This document shows, piece after piece, positions 48,283-56,960 of a stretch of 64,000 nt of DNA. Under the pieces are notes generated by a model. That model worked only from the letters and a program-made list of their open reading frames with translations. It did no database searches and was not told the origin of the DNA. Position 1 is the stretch's first letter; every line of letters starts with the position of its first letter. A program made the position numbers and the translations under genes. Origin of the DNA: Candidatus Eiseniibacteriota bacterium (GTDB lineage Bacteria > Eisenbacteria > RBG-16-71-46); NCBI GenBank assembly GCA_963776245.1, contig CAVZLN010000003.1, positions 832,001-896,000 on the forward strand, read 5' to 3'.

Positions 48283-49266
48283 ATGGACATCCCTCTGCTC
48301 GCAGTGGATCACGTCTCCAAGCGCTTCGGCGATCTGCAGGCCGTCTCCGACCTTTCGTTCGAGGTCCGGAGCGGGGAGATCTTCGGCTTCCTCGGGCCCA
48401 ACGGAGCCGGCAAGACCACCACGCTGCGCATGGTGCTCGACATCACGCGTCCCGATTCGGGCGCGGTGCGCTTCGAGGGCCATCCCGGCATCGTGCGCGC
48501 GCGCACCGGCTACCTGCCCGAGGAGCGCGGGCTGTTCGAGGACATGCCAGTGCTCGACACGCTCGTCTACCTCGGCTCCCTGAGAGGGATGACCGTCCCC
48601 GACGCCCGCGCCGCCGGCCGCCGCTGGCTCGAGCGCGTGGACCTCGCCGCGCGCGCGGGGGAGAAGGTGAACGCGCTCTCGAAGGGGAACCAGCAGAAGG
48701 TGCAGTTCGGGGCCGCGCTCCTCCACCGGCCCGCGCTCGCGGTCCTCGACGAGCCGTTCGCGGGACTGGATCCCCTCAATCAGGACCTGTTCCTCAGCCT
48801 GATGAAGGACGCCTGCGAGCAGGGAACCGCGCTGCTGCTCTCGGCGCACCAGCTCGACCTGGTCGAGCGGCTGGCGGACCGGTTCCTGCTGATCGCGCGC
48901 GGCCGCGCGCTGCTCCACGGCACGCTCGCCGAGATCCGCCGCGCGGCGAGCGGCGGTCGCGACGAGGCGCTGGTGCTCGAGCTCGCGGCGCGGGACGGCA
49001 TCGCGCCGACGCCGGAGACGCTGGCGCCGCTGCTCGCCGGCGCGGCATCCGGGGCCGAGTGGACGGCGCGCGCGCTCGAGGACGGTCTCACGCGGCTCGA
49101 CGTGCTGATGCCCGGAGGCGCGGCCCTCGACCCGGTGCTGGTGTCGCTCGGGGCGCGCTTCGAGATCCGTCGCGTCGAGTCGCGGCGCATCCCGCTCCAC
49201 GATCTCTACCTGCGGGCGGTGCGCGCCGACCAGGACGCGGACCGGGCGGAGGCCGCGCGTGCCTGA
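48283..49266 (+). CDS. ABC transporter ATP-binding protein (NatA-like)
   Basis: GPNGAGKTT, GYLPEERGL, LSKGNQQK, LDEPF. Confidence 0.92.
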   Translation: MDIPLLAVDHVSKRFGDLQAVSDLSFEVRSGEIFGFLGPNGAGKTTTLRMVLDITRPDSGAVRFEGHPGIVRARTGYLPEERGLFEDMPVLDTLVYLGSLRGMTVPDARAAGRRWLERVDLAARAGEKVNALSKGNQQKVQFGAALLHRPALAVLDEPFAGLDPLNQDLFLSLMKDACEQGTALLLSAHQLDLVERLADRFLLIARGRALLHGTLAEIRRAASGGRDEALVLELAARDGIAPTPETLAPLLAGAASGAEWTARALEDGLTRLDVLMPGGAALDPVLVSLGARFEIRRVESRRIPLHDLYLRAVRADQDADRAEAARA

Positions 49267-50491
49267 GCCCCGCTTCGCCTGGGTGCCGGTCGCGCGCTGG
49301 GAGCTCTATCGCGTCCTGCGCAGGGCGGACTTCATCGCCTCGGTGCTGCTCACGCCGCTCATCGCGCTGGGATCGATCTGGCTCGGCGGGGCGCTGCGCG
49401 GCGCGCCCGCGAAGGTGGCGGTGGTGTGGCTCGCGCCCGGCGGCACGGCGCGCGCCCTCTTGGCCGCGGACACGCTCCCCGCGCGCGACGCGATCGTGTG
49501 GACGCCGGCGCCGCCGGCGGCCGGTGCCGACCCCGCGGCCCTGCTGGCCGAGGTGCGGGCCCGGCGACTGGATGGGGTGGCCCTGGTCCCGCACGACTAC
49601 GCGCTGGGCGGCACGGTCGAACTGCTGTCGCGCCGACCCGCTCCGCGCTGGCGGAACGGGGTGGAGTCCGCGCTGCGCGTGCGGGCGCGCACCGTGCGTG
49701 CGGAGGCCCGCGGCATCACGGCGGGCGAGCTGGTCGCCCTCGACGCGCGCGTCCAGACCCGCGAGCGCACGGCGCAGCCTCCGCCTCGCGCCGGCGGGCG
49801 GGATGCGCGCGGCGAACGCGTGGTGGTGCTGGCGCTGCTGGTCCTGATGATGGCCGTGCTGTTCTCGACCATCTCGTACCTGATGATCGGCATCAGCGGC
49901 GAGAAGCAGGCGCGCGTCACCGAGGTCGTGGTCTCCGCCGTCTCCCCGGAGGCGTGGATGGACGGCAAGCTGGTGGCCTTCACCGGCATCGGGCTCATCA
50001 TGGCGCTGGTGTGGGCCGGCTCGCTGCTAGCGATGGCGGGGCCGTTCGCCTTCGCGCTGCCGGGCTCGGTGCGGCCCGGGGCGCTATTGGTGTACACGCT
50101 CTACGCGGTGCTCGGCCTCTACCTGTACAACGCGCTGTTCGCGGCGCTCATGGCGACCCTGCAGGGGATCCAGTCGACGGCGAAGTTCCAGGGCTATTTC
50201 TTCATGCTGCCGTTCGTCCCGCTGTGCTTCATCGCGCGCCTGATCGAGGATCCGAACGCTGGGTGGCTCGCCGTCCTCTCGCAGGTGCCGCTGTTCTCCA
50301 GCAGCCTGATCCCGGCGCGCATGGTCATGGGCGCGGTGCCGGCATGGGAGGTGGTGCTGGGACTCGCGCTGCTGATCGCGGCCTCGTGGGGCATGCGCCA
50401 CGCCGCCGGGCGGATCTTCCGGGTCGGGATGCTGATGTACGGCAAGGACCTGACCCTGCCCGAGATCGTGCGCTGGGCGCGCGAGGGCTAG
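49259..50491 (+). CDS. ABC-2 transporter permease (NatB-like)
   Basis: EKQARVTEVVVS...GK; TM helices; RIFRVG.L.YG. Confidence 0.87.
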   Translation: MPEPRFAWVPVARWELYRVLRRADFIASVLLTPLIALGSIWLGGALRGAPAKVAVVWLAPGGTARALLAADTLPARDAIVWTPAPPAAGADPAALLAEVRARRLDGVALVPHDYALGGTVELLSRRPAPRWRNGVESALRVRARTVRAEARGITAGELVALDARVQTRERTAQPPPRAGGRDARGERVVVLALLVLMMAVLFSTISYLMIGISGEKQARVTEVVVSAVSPEAWMDGKLVAFTGIGLIMALVWAGSLLAMAGPFAFALPGSVRPGALLVYTLYAVLGLYLYNALFAALMATLQGIQSTAKFQGYFFMLPFVPLCFIARLIEDPNAGWLAVLSQVPLFSSSLIPARMVMGAVPAWEVVLGLALLIAASWGMRHAAGRIFRVGMLMYGKDLTLPEIVRWAREG

Positions 50492-50548
50492 GCCGCCGGG
50501 CGCCGGGCCCGAGCGTGTCGGCCGGCGTTCGCCCACCCGCCTCGCGCA

Positions 50549-50578
50549 CGAAGGCCCGGGCGATTGCCCGGGCCTTCG
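50549..50578. terminator. Hairpin between convergent genes (possible bidirectional terminator)
   Basis: CGAAGGCCCGGGC-GATT-GCCCGGGCCTTCG. Confidence 0.65.
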
Positions 50579-50597
50579 CGGTGCCGATCGCGCTGCT

Positions 50598-51815
50598 TCA
50601 GTAGCCGACCCAGCCGAACAGCTGGAGCCCGTCGGTGATCGGACCGTGGACGCTGTCCGAGCCGTGCGCCCAGTCGAGACCGAAGCGCGCGTTCGGGTTC
50701 ACGTAGTAGGCTAGGTCGAGGGTGCCGAGGCTCACGTCCTCCACGCTGGTCGCCCCGTGCGACTTGGGCACGTACTCGTGCTCGTAGCGCGCCGTCAGCA
50801 CCCAGCGCGACTGCTTGTCGAGCAGGCACGTGGCCTCGAGCATGCCGGTGTGGGCGAGGTCTGAGACGCCCTCCGGCTGATCCTGGAACTTGTCGATCGT
50901 GTAGCCCGGGATGAGCGTCACGCGCCCGCGGTCGAGGTACGCGCTGAGATCACCCTGCACGTGCTGCGAGGACGACCCGCCGGGGACGCGGGGGTCCTGG
51001 CGGTCGAGGTAGAGGCGCGCGGTGTACAGATGGCCGGCCGCCTCGCGCATCACCCACAGGTACACGTTCTCGAGCTGATTGAAGTACTTGGCGTCCGGCC
51101 GGTGGGCCAGCAGGCTGTCGAGGCTGCGGCTGCTGTTGATGAGCCCGAGCGCGTACCACCAGTCCGACTTCACCCCGTTGAGCTCGAACCCCGCGGCCCC
51201 CAGGGTGACGCGGTCGTTCAGGTAGCCGGTCAGGGTGGTCTTGCGCGAGTCGGCGAGGTACGGGATGTCCGCGTCGAAGATGCCGGCCTTGATGTTGAGC
51301 GCGCCCTCCTTGCCCACGTCGTCGAACTGCACGAACGCCATCCCGCTCTGCAGCGGCCCGCCCTCGCCGGCGAAGTTGTTGTCGAAGTGGAACGTCACGC
51401 GCTCGGCGAGCGTGCCGGCGGTGTGGAACTCGACCTGGTTCTGCTGGAAGCCGCCGACGCTGCTGCGCACGCGCGACGAGCCGCCGGTGTCGGTCGCGGT
51501 GGAATTGAAGGCGTAGCCCACGTTGCCCACCAGCGAGATCGGGAACTCCTTCCCGGTGCTGTCCCACGGCGACTCGCCCCGGGCGCCCGGCATGCGGTAG
51601 CCGTTCTGCTTGAAGTGCATGCCGAACACGTTCAAGCGGGGCGCCGCCAGGTGGCAGGACGTGCACGGCATGCCGTACTTGCGCGCGAACAGCGGCAGCG
51701 CATCCGCCGGCGCGCGGAGCGCCGCGAGCGCGGAGAGCGCGGCCAGCACCGTGAGCGCGCTGGCGAGCAGGGAGGTGGGCGGGCGGCGACGGACCAAGTG
51801 GCGTGACCACGACAT
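50598..51815 (-). CDS. Cyc2-like monoheme cytochrome c fused to an outer-membrane beta-barrel
   Basis: Signal peptide then ALPLFARKYGMPCTSCH..P.LN.FG..FK.NGY; alternating beta-strand pattern; C-terminal aromatic residue; GGAGGAG RBS. Confidence 0.75.
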   Translation of the reverse strand: MSWSRHLVRRRPPTSLLASALTVLAALSALAALRAPADALPLFARKYGMPCTSCHLAAPRLNVFGMHFKQNGYRMPGARGESPWDSTGKEFPISLVGNVGYAFNSTATDTGGSSRVRSSVGGFQQNQVEFHTAGTLAERVTFHFDNNFAGEGGPLQSGMAFVQFDDVGKEGALNIKAGIFDADIPYLADSRKTTLTGYLNDRVTLGAAGFELNGVKSDWWYALGLINSSRSLDSLLAHRPDAKYFNQLENVYLWVMREAAGHLYTARLYLDRQDPRVPGGSSSQHVQGDLSAYLDRGRVTLIPGYTIDKFQDQPEGVSDLAHTGMLEATCLLDKQSRWVLTARYEHEYVPKSHGATSVEDVSLGTLDLAYYVNPNARFGLDWAHGSDSVHGPITDGLQLFGWVGY

Positions 51816-52038
51816 CGGGCGACTCCTCCGGAGGACGGTGGAGCGATGGCCGGCGCGCGCGGACGATCGAGTGATGAGATCATCCACCGCGACCGGTCGC
51901 GAAGATCGCGACCATGGGCTGCGGCGACCCGACGGCGCGGAGACTAGCAGAGTGACACGGTCGAAGGTACCGTGTTGCGAGCGGCGAGCGGCGCGGCGTC
52001 GGCACGCGCCACGAGCCGCCCGCCCGGGCGACCCGCGC

Positions 52039-52314
52039 CTACCCGCGCGACAGCCGCCAGTCCTTCGCGAGCCGCTCCACCATCGCCTCGATGCGGCGCT
52101 CCCGGGTCGCGGGGCGCTTCGCGTCGGTGACGTAGCGGATCAACTGGCGCCGGTGCGAGGGCGGCCACGCCGCGAACTGCGCCTGGGCCGGCTTGGAGCC
52201 GCGCAGCGCCCGCGCGAGGTCGGCGGGCACGCGCGTCACGCGCGGGCGCGGGGCGGCGGCGCGTTTGGGGGCCGTCCGCCGGGCCTTCACCTTCGCCTTG
52301 GCCTTCACTGTCAT
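52039..52314 (-). CDS. YdeI/OmpD-associated family protein
   Basis: VPADLARAL...F...PPSHRR..I.YV..AKRPATRERRI. Confidence 0.8.
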   Translation of the reverse strand: MTVKAKAKVKARRTAPKRAAAPRPRVTRVPADLARALRGSKPAQAQFAAWPPSHRRQLIRYVTDAKRPATRERRIEAMVERLAKDWRLSRG

Positions 52315-52336
52315 AGGGTCTCCGCGTGAGGGGAGT

Positions 52337-52738
52337 TCAGCGGTTCGCCACGCGCCGGACGAGCTTGAGCGCGTTCCGGCGCCCGTCCAGCGCGATCACC
52401 TTGATGTCCATCATGCCGAGCGCCTGCGCGGCCTGGCGCACCGTGTCCTCCTGGATGCGCGGCAGGCCCTGCGGCCAGATCGCCCACACCGCGGCATCGC
52501 GACGGAGCTGCTTCTCCACCGTGGCCAGTCGCCGCAGGCCGGCCGGGCTCTCGATCACCAGGAACACGAGGTCGGTCTCCGGGCCCACGCGTGTGGTGGC
52601 GACGTCGGCCGCCCGCGTGTGCAGTTCGGCGATGAAGCCCGGGTCCGCCAGCCCCAGCACGGCGACCCTCGCGCCGGGCATGACGTCCAGCTCATCGAGG
52701 CGGTTGCGCTTCGTCGAACCCGACGGCCGCGTCGTCAT
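52337..52738 (-). CDS. DUF3052-like hypothetical protein
   Basis: L..L...PG.RV, VWAIWP, VR..A...GM.D.KV.A pattern. Confidence 0.55.
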   Translation of the reverse strand: MTTRPSGSTKRNRLDELDVMPGARVAVLGLADPGFIAELHTRAADVATTRVGPETDLVFLVIESPAGLRRLATVEKQLRRDAAVWAIWPQGLPRIQEDTVRQAAQALGMMDIKVIALDGRRNALKLVRRVANR

Positions 52739-52795
52739 CCGGGTCTCCGTGGTGAGGCACCCATGTCCGCGCACAACGCAGTAGCAGAAGATGGC

Positions 52796-54121
52796 TCAGG
52801 AATCCACACAAGGATGCAGCGCAACCTCGGCCGGCGGTCCGTCGGCGCTCCGCCGCAGCGCCCGCGCGAGCGCCGGGCGCAGGCGCGCCGGCGTCACGCG
52901 CCCGAGCACCACGCGCGGCGTCCCACCGGCCCGTGCCAGCGCGGCGAGCGCGTCCGCGACCCCGTCGATCGCGGCGTCGGGATCGGACCGGCCCCACGCC
53001 GGGAACGGCGCCGGCCCGCCATCGCCGAACCACGGCTCGAAACCCACCCGGCGCGCTTCGAGCCGGCCCGCCTCGCGCACCCGTCGCACGTCCACGCGCC
53101 CGATCAGCCGGCCGTCGTGGAGCACCGGCAGCACATAGTAACCGAACACCCGCCGCGGCTCCGGCACGTACACCTCGATGCGATAGTCGAACCCGAACAG
53201 GCGCGCCACGCGTTCGCGGTGCCACAGCAGCGAGTCGAACGGCGAGAGCAGCGCGGTGCCACGCGACGGCGCCCGGCGCCGGGCGGCGCGCTCCAGCGCC
53301 GGCAGGTCGCGGGCCAGCGCGTACCACGGACCGCGCTCGCCCTCGATCGCCACCTCGGTCGCGGTCCCCTCCTCGAGCGCCGCACGCAGCGCCGCCCGGT
53401 GGTCGGCCGCGGTGACGCGGGGGAAGGTGAGATACCCGCGCAGGTCGGCCGCGGTCGCGGCGCCCATGGCGTGGAGCGAGCGCTCGAGGTGCCAGCCGCG
53501 GAACGCCGCGGGCGCCAGCGGCTCGACCGCGGCGAGGTCCGGCAGCACGCGCTCGGCGAGGTCGTAGCGCTTGTGGAAGTGCGCCCGCGAGTGCACCAGC
53601 AGCCGGCCGCGCATCCACAGCACGTGGAGCGCGTGCTGGGCCGGCTTCCAGTCCCACCAGCCGCCGGCGCCCGCGGGGCGGGCGTGCTCGAAGTCGGCGC
53701 TCGCGAGCGGGCCGCGCTCGCGCACCGCGCCCTCGACCGCGCGCAGCGTCGCCGCGTGCTGCTGCAGCCAGGCCGACCAGCCGGTGCTGTGCCCGCGGTA
53801 ATCGATCATCGCGCGCTTCCAGCCCGCGAGATGCGCGCGCGGCACCAGGCAGGCGGCGTGCGCCCAGTACTCGATCAGCACGCGCCGCCGGTAGAGCATC
53901 CGATCGAGCGCGGCGCGGTCGAACGCGCCGAAGCGGCTGTGGAGCGTGATGAGATGGGCGCGGTCCACCGCGTTGATCGAGTCGAGCTGGATGCCGCCGG
54001 TGTCGGCGGCGAAGCGGGCGAGCGCCGCCGCCGTGAGCCGGCGCCCGCGCGGACGGTCGAGCTGCTGGCGCTCGAGGAACAGCGCGGCCACCGCGTGGAG
54101 CGGGAAGGTGGAGGGGCTCAC
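52796..54121 (-). CDS. YcaQ/AlkZ-family winged-helix DNA crosslink glycosylase
   Basis: IQLDSI..V.RAH..TL.SR, EYWAH.AC, WWDWKPA, LLSPFD.L.W.R.R, FGFDYRIEVY.P, GYYVLP. Confidence 0.88.
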   Translation of the reverse strand: MSPSTFPLHAVAALFLERQQLDRPRGRRLTAAALARFAADTGGIQLDSINAVDRAHLITLHSRFGAFDRAALDRMLYRRRVLIEYWAHAACLVPRAHLAGWKRAMIDYRGHSTGWSAWLQQHAATLRAVEGAVRERGPLASADFEHARPAGAGGWWDWKPAQHALHVLWMRGRLLVHSRAHFHKRYDLAERVLPDLAAVEPLAPAAFRGWHLERSLHAMGAATAADLRGYLTFPRVTAADHRAALRAALEEGTATEVAIEGERGPWYALARDLPALERAARRRAPSRGTALLSPFDSLLWHRERVARLFGFDYRIEVYVPEPRRVFGYYVLPVLHDGRLIGRVDVRRVREAGRLEARRVGFEPWFGDGGPAPFPAWGRSDPDAAIDGVADALAALARAGGTPRVVLGRVTPARLRPALARALRRSADGPPAEVALHPCVDS

Positions 54122-55524
54122 GCGCGTGCCGGCGGGTACGCGCGCCCGAGCACGTCCACCAGGTGCTCCATCCGCACCGGCGAGCCGCGTTCGCGGGCCC
54201 CGCGCGCCATGTGGAGCAGGCAGCCCGGGTTCGAGGCCACCACCACCTCGGGCGCCACGGCCTCGATCGAGTCGAGCTTGAGCCGCAACTGCTCGTCCGC
54301 CATCGCCGCGTGCGTGAGGTTGTAGATCCCGGCGCTGCCGCAGCACCAGTCGGAGTTCGGCAGGTCCACGAGCGTCACGCCCGGCACCGCGCGCAGCAGC
54401 AGCCGCGGCGCGGACCGCACGCCCTGCGCGTGCGCGAGATGGCAGGGGTCGTGGTAGCCCACGCGCAGCGGCCGGGCCGGATCGTGGGCGGAGGACAGCG
54501 GCCGGCGGGCCTCGGGCAGGCCGAGCTGCACCAGCGCCTCGCTCACGTCGCGCACGCGCGCGCCCACCACCTCCGCATCCGCCGCCGCGTCGTCGTCCGC
54601 CAGCAGGTGCCCCATCTCGCGCAGCGCGGCCCCGCAGCCGGCGGCGTGCGTGACCACCAGGTCGTACGCCCCCGGCGCCAGCATCCGCGCATTGCGGCGC
54701 GCGAGGTCCTTGGCCTCGCGGCGCAGCCCGGCGTGCGCGTGGAGCGCGCCGCAGCAGGACTGGGCGCGCGGCCACCACACCTCGGCGCCGGCGAGCACCA
54801 GCAGGCGCACCGCCTCGCGGTTGGTGCCGGCGAACATCGCGTCCATCACGCAGGTCGAGAAGAACGCCACGCGCGCCCGCGGGCGTCCCGCGGGGTGGAA
54901 CACCAGCGCGTCGGTCCGGGCCTCCATGCGGGCGCCCGCGGGCAGCGCGCTCGCGACGCGCTCGAGCGCGCGTTCGGCGCGGGGCGCGATCGGCGGGGTG
55001 AGCGCGAGCCCGAGGCGCGCGAACGCCGGCAGCATCCCGCGTGCGCCCGCGGCGCGGGCGAGCGCCGCCAGCGGCCCGTGCTGCGTGAGCCTCAGCAGGT
55101 CGGCGGCCCCGTGCATGCGCTCGCGCTCGGGGAACAGCGTGCGCAGCGCCCAGGTGCCGAGCGCGCGGCCGAACGAGAACGGCCGCGCGCGGCGCTCCAA
55201 CTGGCCGCGGGTGGCCTCGAGCAGGCGCGAGTAGGGGACGCCCGCCGGACACACGGTCTCGCACGCCCTGCAGGCCAGGCACTGGTCGAGATGCGCCAGC
55301 AGCGGATCGCTCGGCCCGATGCGCCCCTCGGAGAGCCCGCGCATCAGGTAGAGCCGGCCGCGCGGGGAGTCGGGCTCCAGCTTGTTCGTGCGGTAGGTGG
55401 GGCAGGCGGTCAGGCACAGCCCGCAGTGGATGCAGGCGTCGAGGTCGAGGCGCGTGGGTGCGTCCGCGGCGTCGAACCACGAGGCGGGATGCGGCGGGCG
55501 TGGGGAAGCGTGCTCGCTGGTCAC
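54118..55524 (-). CDS. GlcF-like Fe-S oxidoreductase subunit (2x4Fe-4S plus two CCG domains)
   Basis: CIHCGLCLTACPTY, SPRGR, CLACRACETVCP, CCGALH, YHDPCHL, CCGSAGIY, NPGC. Confidence 0.88.
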   Translation of the reverse strand: MTSEHASPRPPHPASWFDAADAPTRLDLDACIHCGLCLTACPTYRTNKLEPDSPRGRLYLMRGLSEGRIGPSDPLLAHLDQCLACRACETVCPAGVPYSRLLEATRGQLERRARPFSFGRALGTWALRTLFPERERMHGAADLLRLTQHGPLAALARAAGARGMLPAFARLGLALTPPIAPRAERALERVASALPAGARMEARTDALVFHPAGRPRARVAFFSTCVMDAMFAGTNREAVRLLVLAGAEVWWPRAQSCCGALHAHAGLRREAKDLARRNARMLAPGAYDLVVTHAAGCGAALREMGHLLADDDAAADAEVVGARVRDVSEALVQLGLPEARRPLSSAHDPARPLRVGYHDPCHLAHAQGVRSAPRLLLRAVPGVTLVDLPNSDWCCGSAGIYNLTHAAMADEQLRLKLDSIEAVAPEVVVASNPGCLLHMARGARERGSPVRMEHLVDVLGRAYPPARA

Positions 55525-55561
55525 GCGGGCAGGATAGCAGAGCGGCGCGGTGGCGCCGCGC

Positions 55562-55933
55562 CTACGACCGATCGTCCGTCAGGTGGAAGTGGTGGAGCGC
55601 GCGATGGAGCACCGGCGCGAGCAGCACCGCCACGCTCACCAGGAACACCACGCCGGAGAACAGGGCGTAGGCCGAGGCGAACCACTTCTCGGCGTCGGGG
55701 AGCCCGGGCCGGGCGTCCACCGGCCCCATGCCGCCGAGGATCATGGAGGCGTTGTAGAGCGAGTCGAGCCACGACAGTCCGCCGCTCACGCGGTAGCCCA
55801 CCACGCCGACGCCGAGCGAGAGCCCGAGGATGAGCGCCGCGACCGCGCCGTTGCGCCGGATGCGCGCGTGGTACTCGGCGCGCGGGGCGAGCGGCTCGTG
55901 GTGGCGCTCGTAGTGGAGGAGCCGTCGCTTCAT
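55562..55933 (-). CDS. Small two-TM membrane protein resembling a minimal K+-channel pore unit
   Basis: TM1 - SWLDSLYNASMILGGMGP - TM2; overlaps upstream stop. Confidence 0.65.
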   Translation of the reverse strand: MKRRLLHYERHHEPLAPRAEYHARIRRNGAVAALILGLSLGVGVVGYRVSGGLSWLDSLYNASMILGGMGPVDARPGLPDAEKWFASAYALFSGVVFLVSVAVLLAPVLHRALHHFHLTDDRS

Positions 55934-56958
55934 GGGACCAGCACCACCTTCCCGAAGTGCTCGCGCCGCTCGATGCGTTCGTGCGCGGCGCGCGCCTCGG
56001 CGAGCGGCATCACGCGATCGACCACCGGCTTCAGCCGGCCGTCGGCCACGAATCGCAGCACCTCGGCCAGGTCGCGGCGCGTGCCCATCCACGAGCCCAT
56101 GAGCGTGAGGTGACGGCCGAACAGCGCGTTCACGTTCAGCCGGACGTCGGCGCCGATGGTGGCGCCGCAGGTGACCAGCCGTCCGTCGCGCGCCAGGCAC
56201 GCGACCGCCTGCTCGAACACCGCGCCCCCGACGTGCTCGAACACCACCTCGACGCCCTTCCTCCCGGTCAGCGTGCGCACCGCCGGCGCGAAGTCCCCCG
56301 GCGCGTGGTCGAGGACCTCGTGCGCGCCGAGCGCGCGAGCGCGTTCGCACTTCGCGGCGCCCCCGGCGGTGGCGATGACACGCGCGCCGAGCAGGCGCGC
56401 GATCTGCACCGCCGCGCTGCCCACGCCGGAGCCCGCGCCCACCACCAGCACGTCCTCGCCCGCGCGCACGCGGGCGCGCGTGACCAGCATGTGCCACGCG
56501 GTGAGGAACACCAGCGGCACCGCGGCCGCCTCTTCCCACGTGAGGTTCGCGGGGAACGGGAACAGGTTCGCGGCGGGCACCGCGACGCGCTCGGCGTAGC
56601 CGCCGTTGCGCGCCCGCCCGAGCACGTCGTGCGCGCCGCACAAGTTGTCGTCGCCGGCGCGGCAGGCCTCGCACACTCCGCACGAGAGCGTGGGATGCAC
56701 CAGCACGGGATCGCCCGGCTTCACCCCGCGCACCGCGGCGCCGCACTCCGCGACCACGCCCACCACGTCGCTCCCGAGGATGTGCGGCAGCTCGGGCGCG
56801 AGGCCGGGCAGTCCGCCGCGCACCCACAGGTCGAGATGGTTGATGCCGCACGCCCGGACCTCGACCACCGCCTCGTCCGCGCCGCAGCGCGGCTCGGGCA
56901 GGTCGCGCATCACGAGCACCTCGGGCCCGCCGCAGCGGTCGAACGCCACCGCCCGCAT
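55930..56958 (-). CDS. Zinc-binding alcohol dehydrogenase/quinone oxidoreductase (MDR family)
   Basis: CGINHLD, CGVCEAC...C, GAGSGVG, FGKVVL. Confidence 0.9.
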   Translation of the reverse strand: MRAVAFDRCGGPEVLVMRDLPEPRCGADEAVVEVRACGINHLDLWVRGGLPGLAPELPHILGSDVVGVVAECGAAVRGVKPGDPVLVHPTLSCGVCEACRAGDDNLCGAHDVLGRARNGGYAERVAVPAANLFPFPANLTWEEAAAVPLVFLTAWHMLVTRARVRAGEDVLVVGAGSGVGSAAVQIARLLGARVIATAGGAAKCERARALGAHEVLDHAPGDFAPAVRTLTGRKGVEVVFEHVGGAVFEQAVACLARDGRLVTCGATIGADVRLNVNALFGRHLTLMGSWMGTRRDLAEVLRFVADGRLKPVVDRVMPLAEARAAHERIERREHFGKVVLVP

Positions 56959-56960
56959 GG

